DNA of 64,000 nucleotides from an uncultured archaeon (GTDB lineage: Archaea > Asgardarchaeota > Lokiarchaeia > Sigyniarchaeales > SOKP01), in the NCBI GenBank assembly GCA_964486045.1, contig CAZALK010000016.1, positions 67,853 to 131,852 of the forward strand. The letters are read 5' to 3'. How positions within the stretch are numbered: the first letter of the stretch is position 1; each line of letters starts with the position of its first letter. The translations under genes and the position numbers were made by a program. The notes below the pieces were generated by a model. It was not told the origin of the DNA. It searched no databases and saw only the letters and a list, made by a program, of their open reading frames with translations. Below, piece by piece: positions 51,035 to 61,952 of this stretch.

Positions 51035-51787
51035 CTAGACATTTGAATGTGTTTTTTTTCCAATAATTAGAATTCCGATAATAGTTGAGAGATATATTAT
51101 TAAGAGAGAATAAGATGGAATAGCCATAAATCTACGCCCTATACCTGGAACCATAATTAACTTAGGTCCAGACGGAGAAATAACTGATTTTCTCGTTAAC
51201 AGCCCAGTCGTGATGTCCCATTCATATCTTACATCGAGAGTGTTATTAAATTTAAAATTAAGAGTTGCAATATCGTTAACTATACTTGAATTTATATAAA
51301 TAGAATGAGTAAGATTCTGCAGTAGTTCTGTTTGTTCAAATAAAAGTTCGAAAAAATTCGTTCCATTGACGTTAATTGGTAAAATTAGGAGATGATAATC
51401 ACTGTTAAATTTGCTGACTTCAATTGCCACGTCCACCTCAAGGGCAATATAAAAATCTAGCCTATCTCCGTCAAAAAAGCTGAAGTTATTACTAGGATTT
51501 GAATACACTTGTATTTGAATATCCCCTCCCTGACTATTAATCCCGCCAACTAACCCCCCATCAGTATATAAACCAGTGCCTGAAAATTGGTTTAAAGTAG
51601 ATTTCCAATGGAAAGTTGGGGTGGAGATTGAAGCACTCCATTCAGTAGAACCTTCAACAAGCATTATCGACTGAGAAATTAAAATTCCAAATATCACTAT
51701 AACGATATAATGAGTTTTCTTCATAAGGAATCCTTTAATAATACTATAGTCATGATTAATTAAAATAATAACTAAATTAAACACCAA
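51035..51787 (-). CDS. Secreted/membrane-anchored protein with IPSY-TM-KK tail
   Basis: Signal-like segment from MKKTHY, YEWDITTGLL motif, C-terminal sorting-like tail. Confidence 0.65.
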   Translation of the reverse strand: MVFNLVIILINHDYSIIKGFLMKKTHYIVIVIFGILISQSIMLVEGSTEWSASISTPTFHWKSTLNQFSGTGLYTDGGLVGGINSQGGDIQIQVYSNPSNNFSFFDGDRLDFYIALEVDVAIEVSKFNSDYHLLILPINVNGTNFFELLFEQTELLQNLTHSIYINSSIVNDIATLNFKFNNTLDVRYEWDITTGLLTRKSVISPSGPKLIMVPGIGRRFMAIPSYSLLIIYLSTIIGILIIGKKTHSNV

Positions 51788-51965
51788 CTAAGCATTTCAG
51801 ATTGAAATTTTCCTATGTAATATTCTTTTATGATTAATTGAAAAAATTTAACCCGTCCTCTTTTTATAAAGAAGAATTAGAAATGATATAAGAATTGAAA
51901 CAAAAAGAAATTAAAATATGGAAACAATAATAAATATTTAGCAAATAGATATTGGTCTTTAGTAA

Positions 51966-52748
51966 ATGAATGATATCATAATTCAAGAGATTATCGGAAA
52001 AAAATTAGAAGTAATATTTATAAATGAGCAGGTTTCACTTCCGCTAAATATTCAAAAACAAATTGATAAATATTGGTTTAAATTACTAAAAGACAGGAAA
52101 ACTCTGAGAAGGGGAGATGTCTTTACAATATCTACAATAGAAAAAGGAAAGAGTAGGTTTAAAATAAGAGTTAAATTAACTGATTACGCGCATTATATGG
52201 CTACTATCAATAATAAAATAGATAAAAAATATGGTTGTAGAGTTATTCATACTTCTGCTTTAGTAGAAACATTAGATAATAAAATAATAATTGGTGAAAT
52301 GGCGTCAAATACGTCTACACCTGGTAGGTTACAATTTCCTGGAGGTGGAATTGATAAAACTGATCTAGAAAACAACAGTATAAATTTAAATAAAAATATT
52401 TCAAAAGAAATAAAAGAAGAATTAGGGATTGAAGTAAGCCGTAAGGAGCATATTAGCTATTTTAAACCTCGGTTTTTAAAAACTGGTGGAATTCATGATT
52501 TCTATGCAATTATATTTAAAGTAGAATTAAATCTTGACCAAAATAAATTTATTAAAGTTTATAATGAGTATATCGAAACTTTAAAATTAAAAAATACTAT
52601 TCCTGAATTTAACTCATTATTGTTTTTAAATAATAATCCGGAAGAAATTGTTAACTTTTTACGTTTCAATAATAAATCAAAAGTTGATTATTTGCATAGT
52701 CTACTTCATATCATAAAAATAGATAGCAAATATAGGAATAGATTATGA
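51966..52748 (+). CDS. NUDIX-fold protein (NUDT22-like)
   Basis: FPGGGID....KEIKEELGI Nudix box. Confidence 0.8.
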   Translation: MNDIIIQEIIGKKLEVIFINEQVSLPLNIQKQIDKYWFKLLKDRKTLRRGDVFTISTIEKGKSRFKIRVKLTDYAHYMATINNKIDKKYGCRVIHTSALVETLDNKIIIGEMASNTSTPGRLQFPGGGIDKTDLENNSINLNKNISKEIKEELGIEVSRKEHISYFKPRFLKTGGIHDFYAIIFKVELNLDQNKFIKVYNEYIETLKLKNTIPEFNSLLFLNNNPEEIVNFLRFNNKSKVDYLHSLLHIIKIDSKYRNRL

Positions 52749-52753
52749 AATTC

Positions 52754-53383
52754 TTAATTAAATATCCTAATTTTTTTTGCACTTGAGTACTTAGATGGTA
52801 TTATTGGGTTGTTTAAATCAATTTTATTTAATGAGGTGAATGATTCTAAAAAATGGTTCAATCGTTGCGCATAATCAACTGTAAATGGAGAGTCTCTTAA
52901 GTATGAAAGATATTTTGGTTTTTGAGAAATAAATTCAAGGGCTAAAAAATTATATTCTCCTGTTAAAAAATTAATTCCTCCCGTGTAAGGAATATTACGG
53001 GTGAAAACATTAAACCTTTTGATATCATGCAATTTAAATGATCTCTGGTTGATACGTAAATTAGTCCAAAATCTCTCATAAATTAAAATATTGTTGGCGT
53101 TATCAATCTTGAAAATCAATTCTATATTTTTACATAATAAACCAATAACAAAAGATATGGTTCCCAGTGTTCCCATAAATATATAATACCATAACTCATA
53201 TCGTAAAAAAAAGGGGGGAAACACCAAAAGGATCATTGGTATTAAAGACAATAGTAATACTAAATACCAATGTGTTTTAAGATGTATTTTTATTATTGGA
53301 ATATCTACTTCTGATGAATCCATATTGAAACCATTTCTGTCAATATTAATTTCTTTCCTTAGATAAGTTTGCATTTCTGACAT
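52754..53383 (-). CDS. Hypothetical 2-TM membrane protein
   Basis: Two TM segments followed by a soluble beta-rich domain. Confidence 0.55.
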   Translation of the reverse strand: MSEMQTYLRKEINIDRNGFNMDSSEVDIPIIKIHLKTHWYLVLLLSLIPMILLVFPPFFLRYELWYYIFMGTLGTISFVIGLLCKNIELIFKIDNANNILIYERFWTNLRINQRSFKLHDIKRFNVFTRNIPYTGGINFLTGEYNFLALEFISQKPKYLSYLRDSPFTVDYAQRLNHFLESFTSLNKIDLNNPIIPSKYSSAKKIRIFN

Positions 53384-53559
53384 TTAATTTTTTCTATATA
53401 TGGCTAATTTAAAACTTATCTCAAATTCATGGATAACTTTTAAATACTAACTTTGAAGATGAGATGGAATTTCTAAGAAAAATAGAATAAATTTAAGCAT
53501 TTTATATAATTATTAAAGAGGATAATAATTCTTATCAAAGTGAAATGGATTAGAAGATT

Positions 53560-54582
53560 ATGAGCGAGACCGTTTTAAAATTAGAAAATTTAAGCAAGAA
53601 GTACGGTAATTTTATAGCCCTAGATACTGTAAGCTTATCAGTTCGAAAAGGTGAAATTATCGGATTAGTGGGCCCAAATGGTGCAGGAAAGACTACATTG
53701 CTTAAGCTAATAGCTCGCTTGATTAGACCAAATTCCGGAAGCGTTTTTATTAAAAACATTGATTGTGAATTACAAAATATCCATAAAAATTCAAAAAAAT
53801 TAATCGAAATGGGATTTTTAATCGATATTCCTCACTTTTATAACACAACCCCATATTATTTATTAAAATATATTGCGAATATTAGGAATTATCCAAGGAA
53901 TAAAATAAAACTTAGAATTGATAAGCTTTTAAAAACCTTGGATTTATATGAATGGAAATTTAAGAAGTTAAAAACTTTTTCAAAAGGAATGATACAGAAA
54001 TTGGGTTTTATGATTGCGATAATTCACGACCCAGAGCTAATTATTCTTGATGAGCCTCAAACGGGTTTAGATACAAATGCTCGTATTAAAATAAGAGAAT
54101 ATCTTAAATTGCTTCAAAATGAAGGGAAAACTATTCTTTTATCGTCTCATTTATTAACTGAGTTAAGAGAAGTATGTGATAAAATAGCCCTAATAAATCA
54201 AGGTGTTTTGATTGGCTTTGATACAATTGATAATTTGGAGCGGGTTTTCAAAACCAAGGAGTTAATTTGTGAAATTATTGGCCCCATTCCTGTAGAAAAA
54301 GTAAAAAATTTAATATTCAAATTAATTCATCAATTAGAACCATTTTTGGTAGCAAAAGGGGATCACACAAATTTTGAAGGTTCGATCACTTATAATTACC
54401 AGAAAAATTTCTTTACAATTTGTTATGATGGTAAACAAACTTCAAGAAGCGAAATTTTAAATATTTTATCTACAGAATTCGAGTCCGATCTTACTATTAG
54501 TTCTTTTTACGAGCCAAGGATCTCTCAATTAGAAAGCCTATATTATCAGATGATAGAAGAAGATACTAAAAAACCAAAATAA
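53560..54582 (+). CDS. ABC exporter ATP-binding subunit
   Basis: GPNGAGKTT, FSKGM signature, ILDEP, SSH. Confidence 0.95.
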   Translation: MSETVLKLENLSKKYGNFIALDTVSLSVRKGEIIGLVGPNGAGKTTLLKLIARLIRPNSGSVFIKNIDCELQNIHKNSKKLIEMGFLIDIPHFYNTTPYYLLKYIANIRNYPRNKIKLRIDKLLKTLDLYEWKFKKLKTFSKGMIQKLGFMIAIIHDPELIILDEPQTGLDTNARIKIREYLKLLQNEGKTILLSSHLLTELREVCDKIALINQGVLIGFDTIDNLERVFKTKELICEIIGPIPVEKVKNLIFKLIHQLEPFLVAKGDHTNFEGSITYNYQKNFFTICYDGKQTSRSEILNILSTEFESDLTISSFYEPRISQLESLYYQMIEEDTKKPK

Positions 54583-54603
54583 GATTAAATGAGGTTATAA
54601 TAA

Positions 54604-55431
54604 ATGAAAAAATTAGATATAATTAGTTTAAATCTTAAAGTGGTTTCACACACGATATTTTTTGAAATAAAGCTCCAAAAAAAGAAATTTATTATATTTT
54701 CAATTATTACTTTTGTTTTTTTCTTGTTAACTAGTATAATTCCTTATGTTTTTATCTCATTTATGACCTTACCAGGTCATTCCCAATTTGATTTATATCA
54801 AGATGGAATTTTCTTTTTTATGACACTTCTATTCTTAACTACGGGATTCTTTTTTTCAGGCATTATTTGTACTGAATATAAAAAAAAAACAGGTTTAACG
54901 TTGCTTCCTTTAATTGATAAGCATAATTTAATTATTGGGAAATATATTGCAAATTACATATTAGTTATAGGAATTTCGGCTATTCAATATTTCCTAATGG
55001 CGCTTTTATGTTTTTATTTTTATGCTGAGCCCATACCTCCTTCCTTATTCCTTAGTTTTGGATACCTAGCTCTATACATTCTAGCATTAGCTAGCGTTAC
55101 AACATTTCTAAGCTCTTTTATGCCTTCAGCAGGTACAGTTATTACCATTATTATTGGCCTCATCTTAATTGGTTTTTCAACAATCGATTTATTTGTTGCA
55201 CCTTCAGGTATAGAGCCACTTTACTCGTTAACTTACCTTTTTAATATTATCAGTAAGGTAATTTATCCTGAGTTTTCAACAATGGAAAGATTTTTTGATT
55301 ATACGGATAATAATATTACTCATCGAAATTGGTTATTCCCATCTGCGGAAGGAGCATTAATAGTTATAACATTATATGCGATTGTTTTTTTCCTATTAGG
55401 ATATTTATTATTTAAAAGAAGGCAATTATAA
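54604..55431 (+). CDS. ABC-2 type permease
   Basis: 6 TM segments, EY..KTG..LLP......GK, C-terminal FKRRQL; follows the ATPase. Confidence 0.9.
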   Translation: MKKLDIISLNLKVVSHTIFFEIKLQKKKFIIFSIITFVFFLLTSIIPYVFISFMTLPGHSQFDLYQDGIFFFMTLLFLTTGFFFSGIICTEYKKKTGLTLLPLIDKHNLIIGKYIANYILVIGISAIQYFLMALLCFYFYAEPIPPSLFLSFGYLALYILALASVTTFLSSFMPSAGTVITIIIGLILIGFSTIDLFVAPSGIEPLYSLTYLFNIISKVIYPEFSTMERFFDYTDNNITHRNWLFPSAEGALIVITLYAIVFFLLGYLLFKRRQL

Positions 55432-55481
55432 GAAAAAGTCAATAAGAATTAGAGAAATATTAAGAAAAAAAAAATAAAGTT

Positions 55482-56471
55482 TTGAAAATGGTAAATAGTA
55501 AAAACAAAAAAAGATTAAAACTTACAACACTCGTGTTTTTAGGCATTTTTATAATTAATTACGAGTCTATTCCTTTGGTTTCATCAAATTCTCATTACAC
55601 TTTTTCTTTTGAAAAGGGGTCTCAGATTTTTGAAGTGATTTATTACGATGAAGAAGCATGGAAACTTAATATTAATGTATCTTCAAATCCTATAGATTGG
55701 TTTGGTGGTGATTCAGATACAATTGGAGCTAAAAGTAAAACTACTATATTAGGGTTAGGCAGTGGTGATAGTGGCACTCTGGGTATGTTCAATTGGCTTT
55801 TTTATAGTTGGTTCGATGTAAATAGCTCGATTCTTAGGGAAAATGGATACGGTCAATCCTATATCGATTATAATTATCCAAATAGCTATGATTTATGGTC
55901 TCCTGTTTTAACTTTCTGGCCTTTTGGAACCGAACCATTTGATAATTACTCAAATTCTATAATTCCCTCTCGTCCACCTTTTCTTTTTCAGGAGACCTTG
56001 GATTTTCAAAGTAGTTTATACAATTACAACGATTTTGCTGCTGTGGTTAATAATGATACCGCTTTGCAAGCAATAAATTTTTCCATGCCAATCTTTAGTG
56101 GAGATGATTTTTTGTGGCACTATATTTTGCACAGATATGTGATGGTTAGTCCAATTAATAATTATCTAACTGGAGTTATTGACGCTCTTGAATGCGAAAA
56201 TGTTAGCGTTCAGGAAAATAAAGTCACATTTATGAGATATGGAGAAAAAGCCTATATTATGGATTTTACTTATAATTCCCGGGGATTCTTGGATACCGTT
56301 GTTGTTAAAGATAATAACAATAACTTAATCTATAAAATTACTAGTAGCAATCTGAAATTTGTGGTATATATCATCATTGGAATTAGCTTAAGTGCGATTT
56401 TAGGATTAATTGGTTTCAGTTTCTATAGAAAAAGAAGGTTAAAAATCGATAGCATTAACTATAAGAAGTAA
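55482..56471 (+). CDS. Membrane-anchored extracellular protein
   Basis: Signal-like N-terminus, N-glycosylation sequons, C-terminal TM and RKRR. Confidence 0.7.
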   Translation: MKMVNSKNKKRLKLTTLVFLGIFIINYESIPLVSSNSHYTFSFEKGSQIFEVIYYDEEAWKLNINVSSNPIDWFGGDSDTIGAKSKTTILGLGSGDSGTLGMFNWLFYSWFDVNSSILRENGYGQSYIDYNYPNSYDLWSPVLTFWPFGTEPFDNYSNSIIPSRPPFLFQETLDFQSSLYNYNDFAAVVNNDTALQAINFSMPIFSGDDFLWHYILHRYVMVSPINNYLTGVIDALECENVSVQENKVTFMRYGEKAYIMDFTYNSRGFLDTVVVKDNNNNLIYKITSSNLKFVVYIIIGISLSAILGLIGFSFYRKRRLKIDSINYKK

Positions 56472-56578
56472 TTTTTTCAGTTTACTTTGCCTTTTCATTA
56501 TTTTTCCTACATTCTGTTGCATTTTTTCAAAGTAATTTTCATTGAAATCATAATTTTTAACTACTCAAGGGATACCAC

Positions 56579-57283
56579 CTATTGTACTGCTTTACTTTCT
56601 AAGGGAAGAAACACAAACAATATTTGGAAATCAGTATTAAAAACTAAGTATTGCTCAATTGTGAGATACGAAGCACCCCAAAAACTAGCAACCCAATCAT
56701 ATTTTAAATTCATTTTCACTAGAAAAATATTACTTAACATAATAGTAGATGATTCATTAAGAGCATAAGGGATATGTGTAAAATTTAAATACCAATTCCC
56801 CATCCAAAAGGGTGGATTATTTCCCCATTGCCCTATCCCCGCCGTAAATATCTCTGTATGGTCTGTATACTCTGCTTTAATAATTGTATTATTGTTATAC
56901 GTCAGATATATCAAAGATTCATTAGAGACATCTAATGAAGAAATAAAATTAAGCTGATGGAAGGGAAAGAAGTGAAATTTCTTTTTATCCCCGTCAATTT
57001 GTAACTTTAAGGATTCTAAGAAAATTCGGTCTATATAAAGAGAACGATCAGATTTGCTTAAGTTTTGGACTACTCCCTTATAGTCGCGTAATTTACAGTA
57101 CTTTTCATATTCAAATAATTCACTTTTATCTATTATATCATCAAAATTTTGAATGTTCATCGGATAAGTTATTCTATAAAATATGCTTGCGTATATCATG
57201 AAATTATTAACGATTAATACCAATGATGTGATTATTCCCGCTAGGAATTTTTTTTTTAGTTTATTTACCCGTTTTCTTTCCAT
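56579..57283 (-). CDS. Hypothetical N-anchored protein (paralog of 58046..58699)
   Basis: Shares YLTYNNN, WYLNFT..P, LSN, I.Q..V.NT with 58046..58699. Confidence 0.7.
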   Translation of the reverse strand: MERKRVNKLKKKFLAGIITSLVLIVNNFMIYASIFYRITYPMNIQNFDDIIDKSELFEYEKYCKLRDYKGVVQNLSKSDRSLYIDRIFLESLKLQIDGDKKKFHFFPFHQLNFISSLDVSNESLIYLTYNNNTIIKAEYTDHTEIFTAGIGQWGNNPPFWMGNWYLNFTHIPYALNESSTIMLSNIFLVKMNLKYDWVASFWGASYLTIEQYLVFNTDFQILFVFLPLESKAVQ

Positions 57284-57341
57284 ATTCTTTATTTCTTTTA
57301 CAATTTATTTAATTATTTTATGATTTTTTTATTTTTTTTTA

Positions 57342-57893
57342 TTATTCAAGAAAAAGTGCTTTATATTTTTCGTATAATTCCTCACTAATAACCTTAAAGA
57401 TCTTAATAATACCACTTCCAGATATGGCAGAGGTTATACAATAACCTCCAAAATTATTCTTATCAACCAAATTTTTAATTCTCAATTCATCTACTTTATT
57501 CTCATCCACTAAATCAACTTTATTTGCAATAAGATATATAAGGATAACCTTACGATTTTTTCTTACTTCCCTGTTCCATTCAGTAATATGATTGAAACTT
57601 GCTTTACCTAGTTTATTATCTTCAAGACTAAATACTATTATTGCTGCACGGACTTCTTTAAAAAATTGAGGACGAACAAAAGGATAATTATCACGACCAG
57701 CGATATCCCAAAACAATAATTTAATCATATTTCCTTCAATTTCACTATCAAGCATTGAAATTTTAACACCAAATGTTTTGCCATAATCAATATTAAAGGT
57801 ACTGATTGTAAACTTCTCCATTAAAGACGTTTTGCCTACCTGACTATCACCAATAACTGCAATCTTGAAACTGAATTTTTGCTTTTCCTTCAT
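57342..57893 (-). CDS. Rab-like small GTPase
   Basis: GDSQVGKTS, TFG, WDIAG, NKVD and TSA motifs. Confidence 0.92.
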   Translation of the reverse strand: MKEKQKFSFKIAVIGDSQVGKTSLMEKFTISTFNIDYGKTFGVKISMLDSEIEGNMIKLLFWDIAGRDNYPFVRPQFFKEVRAAIIVFSLEDNKLGKASFNHITEWNREVRKNRKVILIYLIANKVDLVDENKVDELRIKNLVDKNNFGGYCITSAISGSGIIKIFKVISEELYEKYKALFLE

Positions 57894-58045
57894 TGAATTT
57901 GCCTTACAATATCAAATTTATCAATGTTTTTATAAAAATCTTATTATTTCATCTAAAATATATATATTAATGCCTCACCTAATTAGGAGGGAGCACCACG
58001 GGGATGGGGGAGAATAGTTCTCCAGTAAACTACTATATTAATAAC

Positions 58046-58699
58046 TTAAGCGACTGACATATGAGGATAGGGAATAAAAATCATAAGGACATCTAAGCTA
58101 GTGTTTAATACAATAAATTGATCAATAGAGTAATTTAATGCACATACATTGCCACAGTAATAATTATAATCTAAATGTATTTCAATAAAAATAGCATTGC
58201 TCAATAACATTGTAAAATTATCACCGTAAACATCCGGTAATTGCGTGAAATTCAGATACCATGCAGGCTCATTCCAATAAAAGCTTTTTAACAAAAAAAG
58301 CGAGTTATTATTTTGATCCTTTACGCTAAATATCGAATTGTTATTATAAGTTAAATACAATTCAGAATGATTCTCTGCGATAAAAGAATATCTTAAAGAA
58401 TGTCTATAAAAAATTTCCCAGTGGATCTTAATATCTTTCTCAATTCGGCTTTTCAATTCTGCTACAAAATCTCTATCAACAAAACTTTTGAAGTCATAAT
58501 AATCATCACGAAAATTATTCAAATATACTGTATAATTTAACATTTCGATTTTATTTATGATTTCTTCTCTGTTCGATCCTTTTACGTCATAATCAATAGT
58601 GTAATAGATTGTTGAGCGTATTACAATCAATTCATTTAATATTGGAAAAACAATAATTCCCACTATAAGAAGACCGATTAATTTTAACCTGTTTTTCAT
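58046..58699 (-). CDS. Hypothetical N-anchored protein (paralog of 56579..57283)
   Basis: Shared motifs as above; carries CGNVC. Confidence 0.7.
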   Translation of the reverse strand: MKNRLKLIGLLIVGIIVFPILNELIVIRSTIYYTIDYDVKGSNREEIINKIEMLNYTVYLNNFRDDYYDFKSFVDRDFVAELKSRIEKDIKIHWEIFYRHSLRYSFIAENHSELYLTYNNNSIFSVKDQNNNSLFLLKSFYWNEPAWYLNFTQLPDVYGDNFTMLLSNAIFIEIHLDYNYYCGNVCALNYSIDQFIVLNTSLDVLMIFIPYPHMSVA

Positions 58700-58746
58700 T
58701 ATTTCATTTACATTTTTTTTAATTATAGTCTAGTTTTCTCGTTATT

Positions 58747-59442
58747 TCATGGATTTTTCTCTTTACTATAATAAATTTTCGAGAGTTTACTACTGATTTT
58801 ATTACTATAAAAGACACACACGAAAAATGTTAAGATAATAACTGGAAAGATTGTATACATTAGATAATGCCAGGATTTAGGTATATAAAACAAATTTATT
58901 GAATTAAGAAGGGGAATTACAAGCATTATGCACAGAAAATAAACTAGTGGGGTTAATAAAATTGTTCCAAGAGATACATGGTAATAATATTGGGAGCAAT
59001 CTTCACAAAAATATCCTTCTACGTTTAATATCTTAATGAATTTTATCCTTGTTTTAAAATATTTTTGTTTAAGGTAATCACTAGACCTTTCAATTCCACA
59101 TTTATAACATATAATATCATCTACGTCATTTTTTTCAGCTAAGGTTAAAGTAGTTATTGATTTTTTACTTAAATTATAAGAGATATAATACCAAATAGTA
59201 GTATTAATGAAGAAAAATGCAAGTAATAAGATTGTCATCCAGAATATTTCAATTATAATTAATATTTGAGGAGTGGGGGTCAAAAAACTAAGAGAGTAAG
59301 CTTTTATTAACTCTTGGGAAAAAGCTGTAAGTATTATGATTCCGATGAAGCATGAGATAACTCCCAGAATTGAAACTAATATAAATAATAGTGTCCTCTT
59401 TTTTACTTTCTCAAATTCACTATGTGGAATAAGTATAAGATC
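58747..59442 (-). pseudogene. Membrane protein with zinc ribbon, 5' end disrupted
   Basis: ORF 58747..59283 stays open and TM-like upstream to TGA at 59445-59443, with a further in-frame TAA beyond; CYKC...CEDC. Confidence 0.5.
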
Positions 59443-59702
59443 TCAAAGTTTGATTTGGTGTGATATTAAGTCTTTAATTAAAATATGGATTGGGCTTATT
59501 TTTAAAGTTTTTGCCTTAGTAAATTATCTGTTTTCTTAGATCGTCTTTTTATTTTTCTATGACATTCAAGTAAAAACATTTAAATACAAATCCGGACTAG
59601 AACTTATTTATAATCCAGTTCTATGCAAAAAACAGTATTAAACTTTTAGACAGAAATATTATAATATTAGGTCTAAGAGTATCATATATAAAGTGGGCGA
59701 GT

Positions 59703-60113
59703 ATGGGACAAGAGAAGGTAGAGAATAAGGAAAACCACATATTTGCTACGGTTTTTCTTCGTTCTAGAGTAGATAATATCCCCTTGGGGTTGATTGGAAA
59801 AATAAAGAGAGATGCAAATGACATAAGACCTCCCCCTGATGCTTTTAACAAAGTAAGAAAAGAGCTCAAAAAGATAGGATTTAATATAATCTCACAAGGT
59901 GAAAATAGCTTTTCGATTCATTCCTCCAGACATCACTTTGAGGAAGTGTTGGGAATAAAATTACGGCAAAAAAAGACTCCAATTTTTGAGGGAAAAGACC
60001 AACCAACCATAAAATTATATACTACAGAAGATATCATCAAAGTTCCCGATAATTTGAAAGATTTAGTTGAACGAATAACTTTACCTAAATTTCCGATATC
60101 TTTTCCTACTTGA
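59703..60113 (+). CDS. Stand-alone S53/S8 protease prodomain-like protein
   Basis: P......V...L...GF.I.....SFSI......FE..LG..L...VP..L..LV..I pattern resembling the pro-kumamolisin activation domain. Confidence 0.5.
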   Translation: MGQEKVENKENHIFATVFLRSRVDNIPLGLIGKIKRDANDIRPPPDAFNKVRKELKKIGFNIISQGENSFSIHSSRHHFEEVLGIKLRQKKTPIFEGKDQPTIKLYTTEDIIKVPDNLKDLVERITLPKFPISFPT

Positions 60114-60194
60114 TTAAAATTCTCAAATTTTAACGCAATTAGATTCTCTCTTACACATTATTAGTAATATTTTATAATTTAAGATAGATTTTCT

Positions 60195-60412
60195 GAGTAT
60201 AACTAGTGTGAATATAATAAAGGTTTTTAAAAGTCGATTGGTTGTTTTTTTAATTCAACTATCAATCTTAATTCTTACTGTTTATTTATTTGATTATAGG
60301 GATTAATTTAAATCTTTTACTTATTCCACAACCTTCCAATACTACTGAAGAACAAATAATTATAATTAAAGTCTTAGCTAATTACATAATGTATGAAGAT
60401 AGGAATGATTTA
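60195..60412 (+). pseudogene. Copy 1 of ~218-bp direct repeat; frameshifted 5' end of a membrane protein gene
   Basis: MNIIKVFKSRLVVFLIQLSILILTVYLFDYR, then +1 shift to NLNLLLIPQPSNTTEEQIIIIKVLANYIMYED. Confidence 0.75.
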
Positions 60413-60563
60413 TTTTTAATATATTTTTAACTTGAATAACTATCTGGTTTTGGGTAGAAATATATCAAAAAAAATAAGAAGGTTTTATTTGGGAATATAA
60501 AATATGGATAAAATATTTGATGATCCATTTTAACCAGAAATATATTACTTGAGATGACTAAAA

Positions 60564-61052
60564 ATGCCAATGACTCAAGAATTGAAACGACAACTAATTT
60601 TATACTTCATTTTCGCAGCATTTATGATTGCGTTAAATTATGGAATACAGAAGTTAAATCAAATTGTACTTGCTCCTGTAGTTTGTACTTTATTGGGGGG
60701 TAACGAGCTCATTTATGTTCTATACTGCTCAATATCACCTTATGACATGCCTACTTTAATCGGATCAATTGCTGCGATCGGTATCACTTACATCATCAAA
60801 TTTTTCTTAGATAAATTGATTGTTTTTAAAAGTAAGGATCTTCCAATTAAAAAGGCTTCTATGGAATTCTCGAAATACCTCATATTTGCGATCTTAACCT
60901 CTATCGAAAACGTTGGAATTCAATTCCTTTTGAGAAATCTCTTGAATTCCTCTTTAGAAATAAGTTCTATCGTGGCTCTTTCAATAGGATATTGTACTAA
61001 ATTCTTTTTAGATCGCAAATATGTATTCAGAAATACATCGCAAAATTCATAG
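60564..61052 (+). CDS. GtrA-like membrane protein
   Basis: Duplicated Y..KFFLD(K/R)..VF motif; 4 TM segments. Confidence 0.8.
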   Translation: MPMTQELKRQLILYFIFAAFMIALNYGIQKLNQIVLAPVVCTLLGGNELIYVLYCSISPYDMPTLIGSIAAIGITYIIKFFLDKLIVFKSKDLPIKKASMEFSKYLIFAILTSIENVGIQFLLRNLLNSSLEISSIVALSIGYCTKFFLDRKYVFRNTSQNS

Positions 61053-61370
61053 ATTTTGAAAACTTACTGAAATTGATCGAAAATGATTCCAAAGGGTCTT
61101 AATAGAGAAAAAAAGAAAAAGAGGAGCAATTTACACCGCTCCTGAGGGGTGAACATTTAACTGACAGATGGTGTTACCTATAGAATAAAGCTTAGTGAAA
61201 TAATGATCAATGAAAAATTATCTATATAAATCATAATGTCTAAGGTTGAAATCTCTATTCTAACTTGACAAAAACAAACTAAAGCATTAAGAAAACTTAA
61301 AAGGTTTTAATAATGTCATCTATAGAGTATTAAGTCCTTATACTATAATCAAATGAGTTGAGCCAGTAGT

Positions 61371-61862
61371 TTGAAGATATTGCAATACAAACAAAGTTAT
61401 GAAACTCAATTAATAACCCTTATTGCTAAAAATCGAATCGCCCTAGCTGAATTAAAGAAAAGAGAAAAACAGCTCGATCTGGATGCTGCAAGAGAAGAGT
61501 TGAATTATTATATCAATAAGAATTTCCCCATTTTTATAGCAATCAATGAAAATCAGGACTTAATTGGGTTTACCGTATGTAGAGTGGATGAGAATATTGT
61601 TTGGGATGAATTATTATTTGTCATACCTGAAGAGAGACGAAAAGGAATCGGATCTGCATTATTTAAAAGAGCTGAAGAATTTGCTATAGAAATGGGAGGA
61701 TATACATTATATAACTGGGTTCTTCCAAATAATTATAGGAGTATTCCCTTTTTAAAAAAGCATGGATATGGGGTTTTGAATCTTATAGAAGTTCGCAAAA
61801 GGTTACCTAATGAGTCCTTAACTCAAAAAATCAAAATAGGTAAATTTGAATATGATTATTAA
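61371..61862 (+). CDS. GNAT acetyltransferase
   Basis: LFVIPEERRKGIGSAL acetyl-CoA motif A; N..S..FLKKHGY. Confidence 0.92.
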   Translation: MKILQYKQSYETQLITLIAKNRIALAELKKREKQLDLDAAREELNYYINKNFPIFIAINENQDLIGFTVCRVDENIVWDELLFVIPEERRKGIGSALFKRAEEFAIEMGGYTLYNWVLPNNYRSIPFLKKHGYGVLNLIEVRKRLPNESLTQKIKIGKFEYDY

Positions 61863-61952
61863 CTATTTTTCAATTAAAATATAGAAGGAATATAAAAGTT
61901 AGTAAGGATACTTGATTTTTAGCTTTTTTCATTCGATTGTCTAGTTTAATTT

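Noticed and set aside
59443-59445. In-frame TGA as possible selenocysteine codon
   Set aside because: A further in-frame TAA lies upstream, the context is not a redox motif and no SECIS-like element was seen; pseudogenisation is simpler.
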